Shown piece by piece: positions 1 through 12,420 of a stretch of 64,000 nucleotides of DNA (position 1 is the stretch's first letter; each line of letters opens with the position of its first letter). The notes beneath the pieces are model-generated. The model did no database searches. It saw nothing but the letters and a program-made list of their open reading frames with translations, and had not been told where the DNA came from. A program made the translations under genes and the position numbers. This stretch comes from Octopus bimaculoides (lineage: Eukaryota). The stretch lies in contig NC_068994.1 in the NCBI RefSeq assembly GCF_001194135.2, positions 9,301,799-9,365,798 on the forward strand, in the 5' to 3' direction.

Positions 1-311
1 ATGCTGTAAACAACACTTAAAGAACAGGAGACAACATGAAATTCAAAAACAAATGAGTTAAATACGCAAACAACAAGAGAAACAAATGGAAAACAGGACA
101 AGTAACAGAAAGAACGACCCTTCATCAGTTGTCGGTTGTCTATCTACTCCTCATTTCGACCATTGAACGAGAGTATGAGTCTTAAGAGCTCCCATAAGTA
201 CCAAAATAAAATTTGGGATTTATGTGTATCTGTGTGTATACATATATTCATGTACACAGACGCACAAACACACTAACATTATTATTATTGTTATTATTTG
301 TATTACTGTTA

Positions 312-500
312 AGGCGGCGTTCTAGCAGAATCATTAGTAAACGGGCACAAAAGGCTTCGCGGCATTTCGGCCGTCGTTACGTTCTGTGTTCAAATTCTGC
401 CCAGGTCGACTTTGCTATTCATCCTTCCGAGGTCGATAAATTAAGAGTCCTTAAAACACTGGGATTAATGTAATCGACAAGTCCCATCCCCCCATATTTC
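312..500 (+). mobile_element. tRNA-derived SINE, family A (monomer, diverged)
   Basis: Head GGCGGCGTTCTAGCAGAATCATTAG, B-box-like TGTTCAAATTC and central GGTCGACTTTGCTATTCATCCTTCCGAGGTCGATAAATTAAG. Matches the reverse complements of the copies at 19531-19746 and 26690-26921. Confidence 0.85.
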
Positions 501-1016
501 ACGTTTTTTTTTTCCCTTAGTAGGAAAATATTATTATTGTGTTGGTTTAGTTATTTATCATTATTAATATTAACAACCGCGTTTTATTAGGTTACATGAA
601 ACATGTTCCAATGTCGCCGAGAAACGACACTAGCCTTTTCGTTGTTAGATTAAAGCTTTCTGTTTCTACTCGACTGTTTTTCTACGTTGCAACAGCAGCT
701 GTTGCGATTATAGAATTTCTCACGTCTCCTGACAATGAACCAAATGGATAACCTGTAGGTTGTTAGCCTTTTGAAATGTGTTAAATTATGCCAAATTCTA
801 ACTATCTTACATAATATTCCAAGTGGTTTTGTTACAACTTTTATATTCATACTCAATGTGATATCTTTTCTGTCTAATTTTACATATTTTTACGTTGAAT
901 ATCTATTGATTTCTCTCCCTTCGATTATTATCTTTTTGAAGAATGAATGACTCCTATGTCTTTCAGAAAACATTTAATTTTGTCCGTTGTTATACATACA
1001 AAAAAAAAAAAAAATT

Positions 1017-1161
1017 CTGGTCGAATCGTTAACGAGGCCAACAATATCTTTAGCGGTATTTCAAATTATTCTTTATATTTTGGGTTCAAATTTCGCCGGG
1101 TCCGACTTCTCAGTTCATTATTTCTTGGCCGATGAACATAAATACCATTGGCGCACTTGGG
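1017..1161 (+). mobile_element. SINE family A, old degenerate copy
   Basis: CTGGTCGAATCGTTAAC...TTAGCGGTATTTC...GGGTTCAAATTTCGCCGGGTCCGACTT...GCCGATGAACATAAATACCATTGGCGCACTTGGG is collinear with the other family A copies. Confidence 0.7.
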
Positions 1162-1206
1162 AAAATATTATAGACTAAACGTTTCCCTAAAATGTGCTTC
1201 TATTGT

Positions 1207-1362
1207 ACTTAGCGGTTCGGCAAACACGAATGATAGAATAAGTACTAAGCTTACAAAGAATAAGTCCGGGGGTCGATTAGCTCGACTAAAAAGGCGGTGC
1301 CCCAGCATGGCAACAGTCAAATGACTGAAACAAGTAAAAGAGTAAAAGTGTAAAAGAATGAA
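1207..1362 (+). mobile_element. SINE family B, 3' part with (GTAAAAGA)n-like tail
   Basis: CTTAGCGGTTCGGCAAA...GATAGAATAAGTACTAAGCTTACAAAGAATAAG...GGTCGATT...CCAGCATGGCAACAGTCAAATGACTGAAACAAGTAAAAGAGTAAAAG. Reverse complement of the copies at 36410-36676 and 46883-46976. Confidence 0.85.
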
Positions 1363-1399
1363 AAAGACGTATTGCGTTCAGTGACCCAACAAGACAATA

Positions 1400-1722
1400 T
1401 ATATAAAATGATATTATCCACTACACCTATAATGTGATACTTTTCCACTTAACATAGTCGTCGAGTACTTAGACCATGAACTGTATCATCCTGCATTTGG
1501 GGATTCGGCAGGGATTGCCAAATCACTTCTTATTATCTCCTCCTGGCTTCCAGCCTAACTCTTCACTCTTGCTTCAGAACCAGCAAGTGGCCTTTTTTAC
1601 TGCCCTTACCATACTGCGAACAGCCACTCTTCGCTCCTCCACTCTCCAATGGATGAAACCATTTTCCATACCGAATAGACAGGGAATCCCCTACAGCCGA
1701 CTTCGACTGGGAAAAGCCGTAA
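1400..1722 (-). mobile_element. 5'-truncated non-LTR retrotransposon 3' end, restriction-like endonuclease C-terminus (Hero-like)
   Basis: Minus strand reads RLFPVEVGCRGFPVYSVWKM, then after a frameshift ERRVAVRSMVRAVKKATCWF*SKSEELGWKPGG. This resembles the C-terminus of RLE-type elements as I recall it (LFPVEVGCRGFP...ERASCWLW). Clade assignment is from memory. Confidence 0.75.
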
Positions 1723-2542
1723 CATGTATTTATTTAGAACATGGGAAGAGAGAGACACAGAGAGTGTCAAAAACACTGAAAATAGTTTTGATAGGAAAAT
1801 TATCTACATTATGTATGATTTGCAACTGGTGGAATGTAGAACACAAGGAAAATCACGAAGAATAAGCAAAAGATAAAAATAATGTAGAGTAATGAAAACT
1901 ACTCTAAATATAATTACGAAGTTCGTACTTAGAATGTGCCTTACAGAGCGGGATGGAGAGGGAAAGGGATAGGCAGAGAAAGAGAGAAAGAAACACACAC
2001 ACGCACATACAACCACACAATAACGCACACGCACACACTGAGGCAGAGAGAGTGGGAGGAGAAAGAGAGATGGTGAGTATGATAATGAGATAAGATGGGT
2101 AACAATGACATGCGTGCATGACTAAGGAGGATTTCACAGCGACAATATCTGAGAGACAGATATAGATATACAGATTAGGTATATCAGTTAAACAGCAATT
2201 TCAATGATATCACATGCGTGAATACCGAAAGGCGTTAATACGAGTGGCTTGAACAATTGTTATAAGATTATCGAGTATCGAAACACAGATGTTCAAAGCT
2301 CCAGCGAAGAATGCCCGAGGATAGAGATTGTATGTAGATAAAAATGTATATGAGACAGTATGTCTAAATTTGTAAATAGATTATTTCTAATGTCTGCATA
2401 TTAATATGCGTGCTCTCATTCAATCTATATATCTAGCTCGCTCTGCTTAGAAACATATTTGTGCGTATATACGTGTATGTATATGTGCTATATGGACATA
2501 TCACTATGCTACACATGCGCATAGTCACACATATATATGTGT

Positions 2543-2573
<31 letters not shown>

Positions 2574-2811
2574 NNNNNNNNNNNNNNNNNNNNNNNNNNN
2601 NNNNNNNNNNNNNNNNNNNNNNNNNNNNNNNNNNNNNNNNNNNNNNNNNNNNNNNNNNNNNNNNNNNNNNNNNNNNNNNNNNNNNNNNNNNNNNNNNNNN
2701 NNNNNNNNNNNNNNNNNNNNNNNNNNNNNNNNNNNNNNNNNNNNNNNNNNNNNNNNNNNNNNNNNNNNNNNNNNNNNNNNNNNNNNNNNNNNNNNNNNNN
2801 NNNNNNNNNNN

Positions 2812-2848
<37 letters not shown>

Positions 2849-4247
2849 CGGAGATGCACTTGCATAGCAAGTGACCTGATCTGAGATTGTGTGCTGGAAC
2901 GAAAACAATTGCAACGTGGAAGGTGTTTATAAGCCATTTAAAATAACACACAAAATCCGTTAGATTCACTTCAACATTTAAATTTAATTTGTCAAAATAT
3001 TATCGTCGCTTTGAGACCGCGACCTGTTCACTGACAAAATTCTGTGCTGCAGAAAAATACTCTAAATATAATTGCTACAGAAACTTCTAAATTAGTCCCA
3101 GTTTAAATGCAATATACCTTATCAAATTCTTGTGGTATATTCAGATTGTTGCAATTTCCGTTCCAGTTTTCATCTTGAAGTTGCAATACATCTGCCACAT
3201 TGAATTTATTCGAATTTCATTTATTTCAGTATGTCTTCCTAGTCGTCAAATTTTTAGATGAATAAAGTTGAATAGCTTAGATGTCTATACGAATAAGATG
3301 GGGGCTGTAATATTATCTAAAACTTCCTTGAAAGGATAAGTAAAAATACGCGTAAACGTTCTAATACTTTTGGAAATATAAAAAAAAAAAAAGCGGAGGA
3401 ATTGGATGCAATCTGAAAATAAGGATATTATTGCAGCTAGGTGTGTGCAGCACTAAATTTCGGAGTATAAATTGATGAAATTGTCATTGTGGTTGTTAAA
3501 GCATTCGTTGTATATTATACTCATGTTCATGAAACCAAGAGATTGATAAGGCTATTTAAAATCTTGTCACTTACATGTAAATTGTACCAACCTTCCCTGG
3601 GGCTCGTGACGAGTATTATACGTATGCTAGCTCCTCACAAATCCATATTCTTGTCAGCGCGTCGTTATCATTATTCGTACTCCTTCTTAAAAATACGTCG
3701 ATGTAGAGCGATAAGTCCAAGACGTTCAGTCTTAGTACCCACGAGATTTATTATGATTCGTTGTTGTACCTAGAAATACTTTACAGATGCGGGTAGCATT
3801 TCTACACACATTCTATGGAGAATCTATTTTTCTGCATATGAAGTTGTTCTCTAAGTTATATCTGCTATAGATGTTTTGCAAACAACTTGCACATGCAAGT
3901 GATACTAGTCAAGAGCTTCGCATACCGGAAGCCAGCAAGTGTATGGGGTCATCAAGGGAGAATACGAGCAGTTTCTAAGTCAACCTCTTACCGATATGAG
4001 GCCCCGCTTGCTTGATCAATTGGTTATCAAATAAAACCCAATATTCTTCTAGTCATCGCTCATTGTCTCTTTTTAACCAAACCCAGTTGCTAGCCTTTTT
4101 CCCCTACAGTTTCGATATCGGTCATGGTGGTATTTACTTTACGATGAATTTGGCCTAACGTTAACAACAGTCGTCTCACGCTGTAATTCAACAAATCCTC
4201 TACGTCCGACTTCGATTGGAAAATGCGTCGCTTTCCAGCCTGCGTCA

Positions 4248-4327
<80 letters not shown>
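4248..4327. repeat. (ACT)n microsatellite
   Basis: Perfect trinucleotide run; explains the poly-Leu ORF at 4216-4437. Confidence 0.95.
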
Positions 4328-5049
4328 ATAAACAATACGTGATTTCAGATCCTATCAGAGCCGACTATTTTGCTGAAAGAAAACATGCATATACCTACTT
4401 CACACGTTGTCAAGAGTGCACAGCGATGAGGCATTAAAATCATTGTCGATTCCCATGAATAAATGGTATAATCAATACACAGGCACACACATATGCAGTT
4501 GCTTATATATATATNNNNNNNNNNNNNNNNNNNNNNNNNNNNNNNNNNNNNNNNNNNNNNNNNNNNNNNNNNNNNNNNNNNNNNNNNNNNNNNNNNNNNN
4601 NNNNNNNNNNNNNNNNNNNNNNNNNNNNNNNNNNNNNNNNNNNNNNNNNNNNNNNNNNNNNNNNNNNNNNNNNNNNNNNNNNNNNNNNNNNNNNNNNNNN
4701 NNNNNNNNNNNNNNNNNNNNNNNNNNNNNNNNNNNNNNNNNNNNNNNNNNNNNNNNNNNNNNNNNNNNNNNNNNNNNNNNNNNNNNNNNNNNNNNNNNNN
4801 NNNNNNNNNNNNNNNNNNNNNNNNNNNNNNNNNNNNNNNNNNNNNNNNNNNNNNNNNNNNNNNNNNNNNNNNNNNNNNNNNNNNNNNNNNNNNNNNNNNN
4901 NNNNNNNNNNNNNNNNNNNNNNNNNNNNNNNNNNNNNNNNNNNNNNNNNNNNNNNNNNNNNNNNNNNNNNNNNNNNNNNNNNNNNNNNNNNNNNNNNNNN
5001 NNNNNNNNNNNNNNNNNNNNNNNNNNNNNNNNNNNTATATATATATACG

Positions 5050-5093
<44 letters not shown>

Positions 5094-6350
5094 CGTATAT
5101 GTATATATATTCATACATACACATGTATACATACATGTATATACATATTTATAATGCATGGGGACATGTAAATTTTCTTGGATATGTATATATCTCTCAC
5201 AGACACCACACACACACACACACACACACGCACACACACACACACACACACATACACACACAAACACCACACATACCACACACGTAATTTTCATTATGGA
5301 ATATACTTCTTAACTGATTTTATGAGAGAAACTGCTCACATGAAAAATGGCATTTGCGTTTATATTTTTTGCTGTGGGTAATTTCGTATCACTTCATATT
5401 TAATCATTCTCTTTAGAAGTGCCTCGCAATTTGTATTTCGTTCGCTTTCTCTTATAAGGTATATGTTTTCTCTCTTTGATAATGTCTGCACTCACCATGT
5501 CATTAAGTTGATGTTTTCAGTAGACTTTTCATCAACTGCTTTTTATTTTCATTCGTTTCAGCAAATGTTTTCTACGTCACACTTTTACCTCATTTATTGT
5601 TCATTAAGTTTCGTTTCGTTCATAATACTTTTACACAATAAAGAAAAGCAGCACATTATATTTGTGAGACTGAGTTAATACGTTTCTATATAGTTATTAA
5701 TGTACCTTTTCATTTCAATAGATGTCAATTTTTTTTTTGTCTTGTAACGAACCAGCCTGAAGTTTTGCTTATACAGCTATGTGGCCGGCTTCTAAGAAGT
5801 CTATATTCTTCTTCTTTTCGTTCTTAACAGGATTTGAATAATGAAAACTCGCTTTTTCCTTCTTTCGTTCAATATACTTTCAGCGTATTGCTGAAGCTTT
5901 TGCAGATTGGGTGCCCTCTACAAGGATATATTTATGGTATTCTTCACCACGTGTCTATATGTGATCTTTGTGTCGATCTCCATCAACAATTGACAATCGC
6001 ACCACATTAACGAGTTTACCTTCGCACCACATAACGAATTGTAGAAAGAGTCCAATCTGGTAAATATAACAATGAAAATATAAGGTAGTAGATTCGATGA
6101 AATGGTTACTACTCTGCCTTAGAGTAGCTGGGCACATGCTGAATCATGCATTTCTTGGTTTGTGTTAATCTTCTTTCCTTTCTCTCATTCAACTTTGTGC
6201 TGGGTTTTCTTGATACCGTCTTCTGTGGCATCATTTTATTATGAAATTTTGCAGCTCCAATTTTAACTCAAATTTTACTTGTTTCGAAATGTTCCCTATT
6301 TCTAATTATCGTTGATACCATTGTTCAGCACACCTATTGCTACAAATAAC

Positions 6351-6415
6351 AGGTGTGGGTTTCATGCCCCATTTTTTGTCAGGCGCTTATATGCCCTAAT
6401 ATCATACCATTTTCC
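6351..6415 (+). mobile_element. Diverged fragment of tRNA-headed repeat family F
   Basis: AGGTGTGGGTTT...GCTTATATGCCCTAATATCATACCATTTCC resembles AGGTGTGGGTTC...GCTTATATGCCCCATTATTAGACCATTTTC at 61982-62070. Confidence 0.5.
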
Positions 6416-6914
6416 ATAGTCAAAAACAAAATGAATGCTTATTATCATATTTACAAAATGGTTACTCGTCACCGTTCTGTAACTTACACACTACTCGCAC
6501 ATGTATATATAAATATATATATATTCATACATTATGTAAATATGAATATAAGTAACGCTCACGAACATACACACACACAAAAACACATACACACAGACAT
6601 AAAACTATAATTTATACTTATAAGTATACAAGCGTACACCAATGTAGTGAAGTGTATTGTAAACATAGACAAACAAATAAAGAAATTATATTATCGCTTG
6701 TTATGTTACCAAATTTATTATTCATTAATAGATATGAAACATAACATTATCTGTTCTCTATCTGTCTTTTTCACTGCCCGACTGCATCCATCTTTCCCCG
6801 GTCTCTCCTTCTCACAAACACACACGGACACAAAAACACCCATAGACACACAGACACACAAACAATACTCACAAACATTGTTTCGCTCCCTCACTCTTTG
6901 TCAGTCCTTCCGTC

Positions 6915-6946
<32 letters not shown>

Positions 6947-6958
6947 NNNNNNNNNNNN

Positions 6959-6991
<33 letters not shown>

Positions 6992-7599
6992 ATATATATA
7001 CATATATATGTGTATAATTTTTTTATGTATGTACGTGCGCCAATGTTGTAACATTGAATAAAAGTAAAGGAATTAACCTAACTTGCTTCCATATGACTAT
7101 TTACAATTTATATTTCTCCACACACATTCACACGAATAAATACACGTACACATACACCTCTGTATGCACATCCTTCTCAAATATATACATACACTTACAT
7201 ACATATATCAGTACGTGTGTGTGTGCACAGAGAAAGTGAGACAGAGAGTGAGAGCGGGAGAGAAAGGAGACATATATTTTAGACAGCACAGAAACAATAC
7301 GATTTGTTCAGAGGAGATAAAAAGAATATTTATCAGATACTCTTCTATCCTTCAGAAGACAAACCATAAACAAATAAACTAATATAATATTATATTGTTT
7401 TCGGATGTTGTTCAACAAATATAAAATATATAAAGGTTATTATAGAATGCATTATGACATTTATGAAATCATTTTCAGACAATCATTTTATTCATCCATA
7501 CAACGAAAATCAGAATAGATGTGTTTTTTTTTTGTTGTAATTTATTTGCTTGAAAAAAAAAAATGTCTCTCATACACGTGCTTCCCCTAATGCCACACA

Positions 7600-7633
<34 letters not shown>

Positions 7634-7711
7634 TATATNNNNNNNNNNATATGAATATATATACGTGCGTATGTACTGATATACGTTCCCATGTATTATT
7701 GTGTGTGTGAG

Positions 7712-7754
<43 letters not shown>

Positions 7755-8165
7755 TTATATATGTAGCTTAAGGTAACTATGGAATATATATTCAATTTAG
7801 GCAACCCAGGCCGAGCCCTTGATTCTTAGGTATAATGTGCAATGGCTCTGAGATGAAAATCGTTTACATCGTCCCCTGATAAAAGTTCAAATTATTCGAA
7901 ACAGTCCGTCAGAAATGTTCCCATTCTTTTCTTCATCTCTCTTCGATGTTTATACATTGTTGATTTTTATCATTTCTATACCCCTGTCATACACTCAAAT
8001 ATTAAAGCCTCTTGCACACCGAAAATATACATACCATCATATATATTTATGCATATATAATTATATCTAAGAGAGAAAACAATTTTGCCAGTGTATAGAC
8101 TGCACTTTGAATTGCTCAAGAGATTCGAGCTTGAGGCGTTTGATGAATATAGAAATAAGAATCAA

Positions 8166-8303
8166 AAAAGCACAAGGGTGGCTGCGTGGTAAGTAGCTTA
8201 TTTACCAACCACATGGCTCCGGGTTGAGTACCACTGCGTAGCATCTTGGGCAAGTGTGTTCCAGTATAGCCTTGGGCTGACCAAAGCCTTGTGAGTAGAT
8301 TTG
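8166..8303 (+). mobile_element. SINE family B, 5' tRNA-like head and CORE-like segment (ends at a gap)
   Basis: GGTGGCTGCGTGGTAAG (A box), CCGGGTTGAGTACC (B box), CATCTTGGGCAAGTG (CORE-like), then CAAAGCCTTGTGAGTAGATTTG. The latter matches the reverse complement of 36657-36676. Confidence 0.85.
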
Positions 8304-8990
8304 NNNNNNNNNNAACATATAAAAAGAATATCGATAGAATATCGATACCAGACATTAATTATTAATGCGTACCAAACATTAATTATTAATACTGAGCTCT
8401 TTTGGTTCGATAAACCTTCCATTGTTCTTCCACGGCATGGTCGCTTCCCAATGACTGATATATGATGCAGGCCAAATGCAATATACATTAGCGAAAACGA
8501 TTGAGAAATTCAGACAATTATTCCAAATAAACATTGGAGAAAATTTATATATTAAAAATAGAAATGATATACACATTTACAAGGTTGGATGAATAATAAA
8601 CTACTAAGAGCATTTCAAGGTGACAATGAGCCTATTGCAGGTAATAAATATAATTGAATTAGTGAATCGTTAATTTAATAGCATTTTCAATCTCACGCCC
8701 GTAGACACAATAGATAAGTGAATCAAATAAACCTAATCTGATGATTATCTGTAAATATTTAATAAGATAGAAAAAGTGTCTATAAAGCCTATTTCAGCTT
8801 TTCAGCAAATGACAATTTTCTGTAAAAGTAAATCTTAGCATAGCACAAGAGGACATAACATGAATGTGACGATAGAACATGTTATAAACAGAAATTACAA
8901 CATGCTTAAATATCACCAATCCTTTCGAAAAATAGGCATTGAGAATGGGACATTGTCAGTGGCATGTTAGCAACAACATATTTTCATAAA

Positions 8991-9059
<69 letters not shown>

Positions 9060-9064
9060 CAGAT
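8991..9064. repeat. (AGAT)n microsatellite
   Basis: Near-perfect tetranucleotide run. Confidence 0.95.
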
Positions 9065-10909
9065 ATGTAGGTAAATAGATGGATAAATCTCTTTAGTCTC
9101 TCGTTTTGTAACAACATACAACCAATGTGAAGCATTTACTCATCGGATAACGGAGTCCGTTTCACAGCGTACTTAACAAGGAACAAAACTAGACGGTAAT
9201 AAAATTTCTTTGATCATAGATCTAATCGATAAGAACCGACGAAATGGAAAGCATTGATGGTTAGAGTAAACTCATCGATCAATCGATTCCTCGACTATGC
9301 AATGTTAAAGTCAAGTAAATATTAGCATTTCAGTTTAATTGTTGTTTTGTTATTTATTACTTTTGCATTTGTGACTACTAATAAGTCATCTTCGTTGTTT
9401 CATAACCGGACATATTTATTTCAGTTTGTAAATGCCATAATCATGCTGGATTTAGAAGGCCATACATCAAGTGGCTGGTTTTGAACCAAATGAACATAAG
9501 GTCATACGCAAACATACATTTCTTTCTTTCTTTCTTTCTTTCTCTCTTTCTACCTACCTAACACCCTCTTTATCTGTTTATCTGTCAGCTTCCTCATCTC
9601 TATTTCTATCGAACTTCCACGCCTCTATGAATATCTGTGTATGTATGTGCGAACAATTATATAGATGTATGTATGTGTGTCTGTGTATTAATTATTTTGA
9701 ACTTGGGTATACACCTTGTAGTATGCCGTTTGAAACACGTTCCCTGCCCTCGGCTACTTGACGTCATCGTCAGTACAGAAATAAATGCCACAGAATTTAT
9801 TTCAGGAATTCCTCCGTGTTAGTCGATTATATAGCAAATGATAGACAGAAAAAATGGAATTCATAAGATTCATTAACCACAACTGTCGTTTCGACCCATC
9901 TTGCATCGGACCCTCGCGGGTTAGATCCTGGACGACTGGTTGTGGTTCATCTTTCTGTTTAGATGTGTCTCGTGAAGGGATTTTTCAAAAGGCACCTCGC
10001 TCAATACGCTCGGTTTTACTTAGTTAGCTTATGATGTATTTCATTATGTGCATGTAGCTGGTTGCATAGAGGGGTTCTTTGTTTGGAATGACATGGAATG
10101 GATGTATACCATTTGCTCGCACACGTTTCTAGTTAGTATAGTTCTGAACTTACGATTTTCAGTTCATACAGTATATAGGATGGGCAAACCGACAGTCTGA
10201 TCCAACGTGAGCGTGCCGCCAGATAACGTTTATATAAAACATACTCAGCGAGGCTTTTTTATTTCTCAGGGTCTTTGTTCAGGTTTGGTGAAATTTTTAA
10301 TGAAGATGACATGTGTAATTATCGAAATTTGTAGCATTTACATCTGATAATATACACCATGAAATAAAATATTGATATTGACATCACGTTAGAAATTTCA
10401 CAAGGATTACTACTTCCAACGAAGGCATAAAATTGGTTGATTATACAGAACATGTATCATATCGACATTTACGTATGTGAGAATATCAATAACAGTGCAA
10501 GAAAATTCAAAGCATTAAACAGAATGCGTCAGGACATTTTGAAGTAGAGACACACAAGTGTACTTATGAGGCCAACATTTAGGTTTAAGAGTTCTTAGCA
10601 CGTTTATACATGCATTAAAAGGATACATAAAAGGTGACAAAAAGGAAATTAAATCCGACCGACCAAATTTGAAATGTGGACTACAAATTAACGGTATGTT
10701 CATAAACATATATACAAGCAACCATACAAAAACAAGGATATTCATTTAAAAACGATGCTAAAATGACATAAGGTAGGATTGAATAATAACGAATATACAC
10801 ATAAAAAAGCAATGGATCGTATCAACAGCATTCTGTTATTAAATCAATACATACACGTATACACATACATATATACGCAAGCTGATAATCGCTAATACAT
10901 ATGGGCGAG

Positions 10910-11190
10910 AATGAAAAGTAAAATATTGTGAATAACGATGGTAATGAAACTGAAGCCCTTGATGGTGACAATATTGCACCCGGCAGTCTGAGAGATAGTG
11001 GTCAAACTCCAGCCTGTAGTTATCCAGGAAGGGACTATCACACACGGCGTAGATGGAACAAAGACGTTAATGCTGTGGTTATGGAGTGTTACTACCTGAG
11101 CAAACCTATAGCCGAAAATGGTGTTCATATTAGGGGATACCGACAACGTATCTATGATCAATGGAGAGAAAGAGGATTGTTTCAAATGTA
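10910..11190 (+). mobile_element. R4/Dong-clade non-LTR retrotransposon, N-terminal ORF fragment
   Basis: RRRWNKDVNAVVMECYYLSKPIAENGVHIRGYRQRIYDQWRERGLFQM matches the W..E.N..VMECY..S.P..RGYR.R....W...G.F motif at the start of R4/Dong ORFs. A stop follows, and no RT domain is seen downstream. Confidence 0.75.
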
Positions 11191-11256
11191 AAGTATGAGC
11201 GAGAGCAACCAGCGTCCACACGTGACGCTGGTTGTTCTCGATCATAATTTACGTTT
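11184..11256. other. Long imperfect hairpin (33-bp stem, 7-nt loop)
   Basis: 11184-11216 pairs with 11224-11256, with two mismatches and two G-U pairs. Loop is CACACGT. Confidence 0.8.
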
Positions 11257-11463
11257 AAATTTCTGTAATTTTGTATTTTTTATCACTTCTTATTTTGAAC
11301 TTGACAAAGACAGACTTACTGTTGAAATATCGTTCAACTAATAAGCTATCTTACAATCATAACACGCTCTTCGTCTTGACTGTTTACCTTTGCGGAGAGT
11401 TACGTAAATCCTTTTTAAAATATAAAAAAAAAAAANNNNNNNNNNAAAAAAAAAAAAAAAAAA

Positions 11464-11532
<69 letters not shown>
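11464..11532. repeat. (AAT)n microsatellite
   Basis: Perfect run following a poly-A tract and a short gap. Confidence 0.95.
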
Positions 11533-12039
11533 TATAATATTGAATCAGGAAAAGCGTCGATAATAACAATAATATTTCAAAGTGGAATTCGAAGACTGTC
11601 AGTGTCAGGAGTACTATATTAGTCGATATAATGACCTTCGGCACTTTACTTTCATGTTACGTATACGCTTAGATTAATGATAGTTAAGAAGAATTCAGAT
11701 GGATTTGATCGTAGCAAGTAATGATCCGGAACGACCATCTCTAGTGATTTTTGCCAAGAAATAAGGATAATAAATGAACGCTATTCATCATTCATTTTAC
11801 AGTGCTAGATAAGTCGTTCACTTATCCATTTTACTACAACATTTATTTATTTTATTTATGGCATGAGAATCTATTTTATTCATTATTTTTGTCTTGTTTT
11901 GGTTAAAATGTGAATTTTTGCTTTATTTCTCTTTCTAATTGCTGTATTTATATTTCACAGAATTACTTCAATGATTTTTCTTCCTGTTAATATTTTATTC
12001 ACATTTACATTACAACTGTCGGAACTCGGAAGTCAACAT

Positions 12040-12420
12040 CGCCAACGTTGACGTTTGCGTCGTCGTCACCGTCATCCTTTTCCTGGTAATTGTCATGAAC
12101 AAGATCAACACGATCATCATTATTTCCACCACCACCACCACCACCACCACCACCGCCATCATCACTACCATCCTCCTCTTGCTCACCACCGTCCTTACCA
12201 ACATCATCTTCATCATCAGTAACAGTATTATCAACATCAATATATTTAACGTCAAAAATTATAGTTGATTTTTACGATCAACAATATTAACAATCTTAGC
12301 ATCAGGAACAACAACAACTACTATTGCTGCTACTCCTGCTGCTGTAACTACTGAAGCTGTTGCTACTGCAACCGCTGTTGCTGCAGATGTGGTGGTGGTG
12401 AAATCAACAGAAACATAAAC
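12040..12420. repeat. Compound trinucleotide low-complexity region (CGT/ACC/ATC/GCT)
   Basis: Includes (ACC)n at about 12128-12155; explains the poly-Val/Met ORFs on the minus strand. Confidence 0.85.

Noticed and set aside
1476-1865. 129-aa + strand ORF
   Set aside because: It is antisense to the retrotransposon remnant and has no recognisable motif.
7875-7912. CTGATAA...GAAACAGTC hammerhead look-alike
   Set aside because: G8 is missing, stem II is unconvincing and stem I cannot pair.
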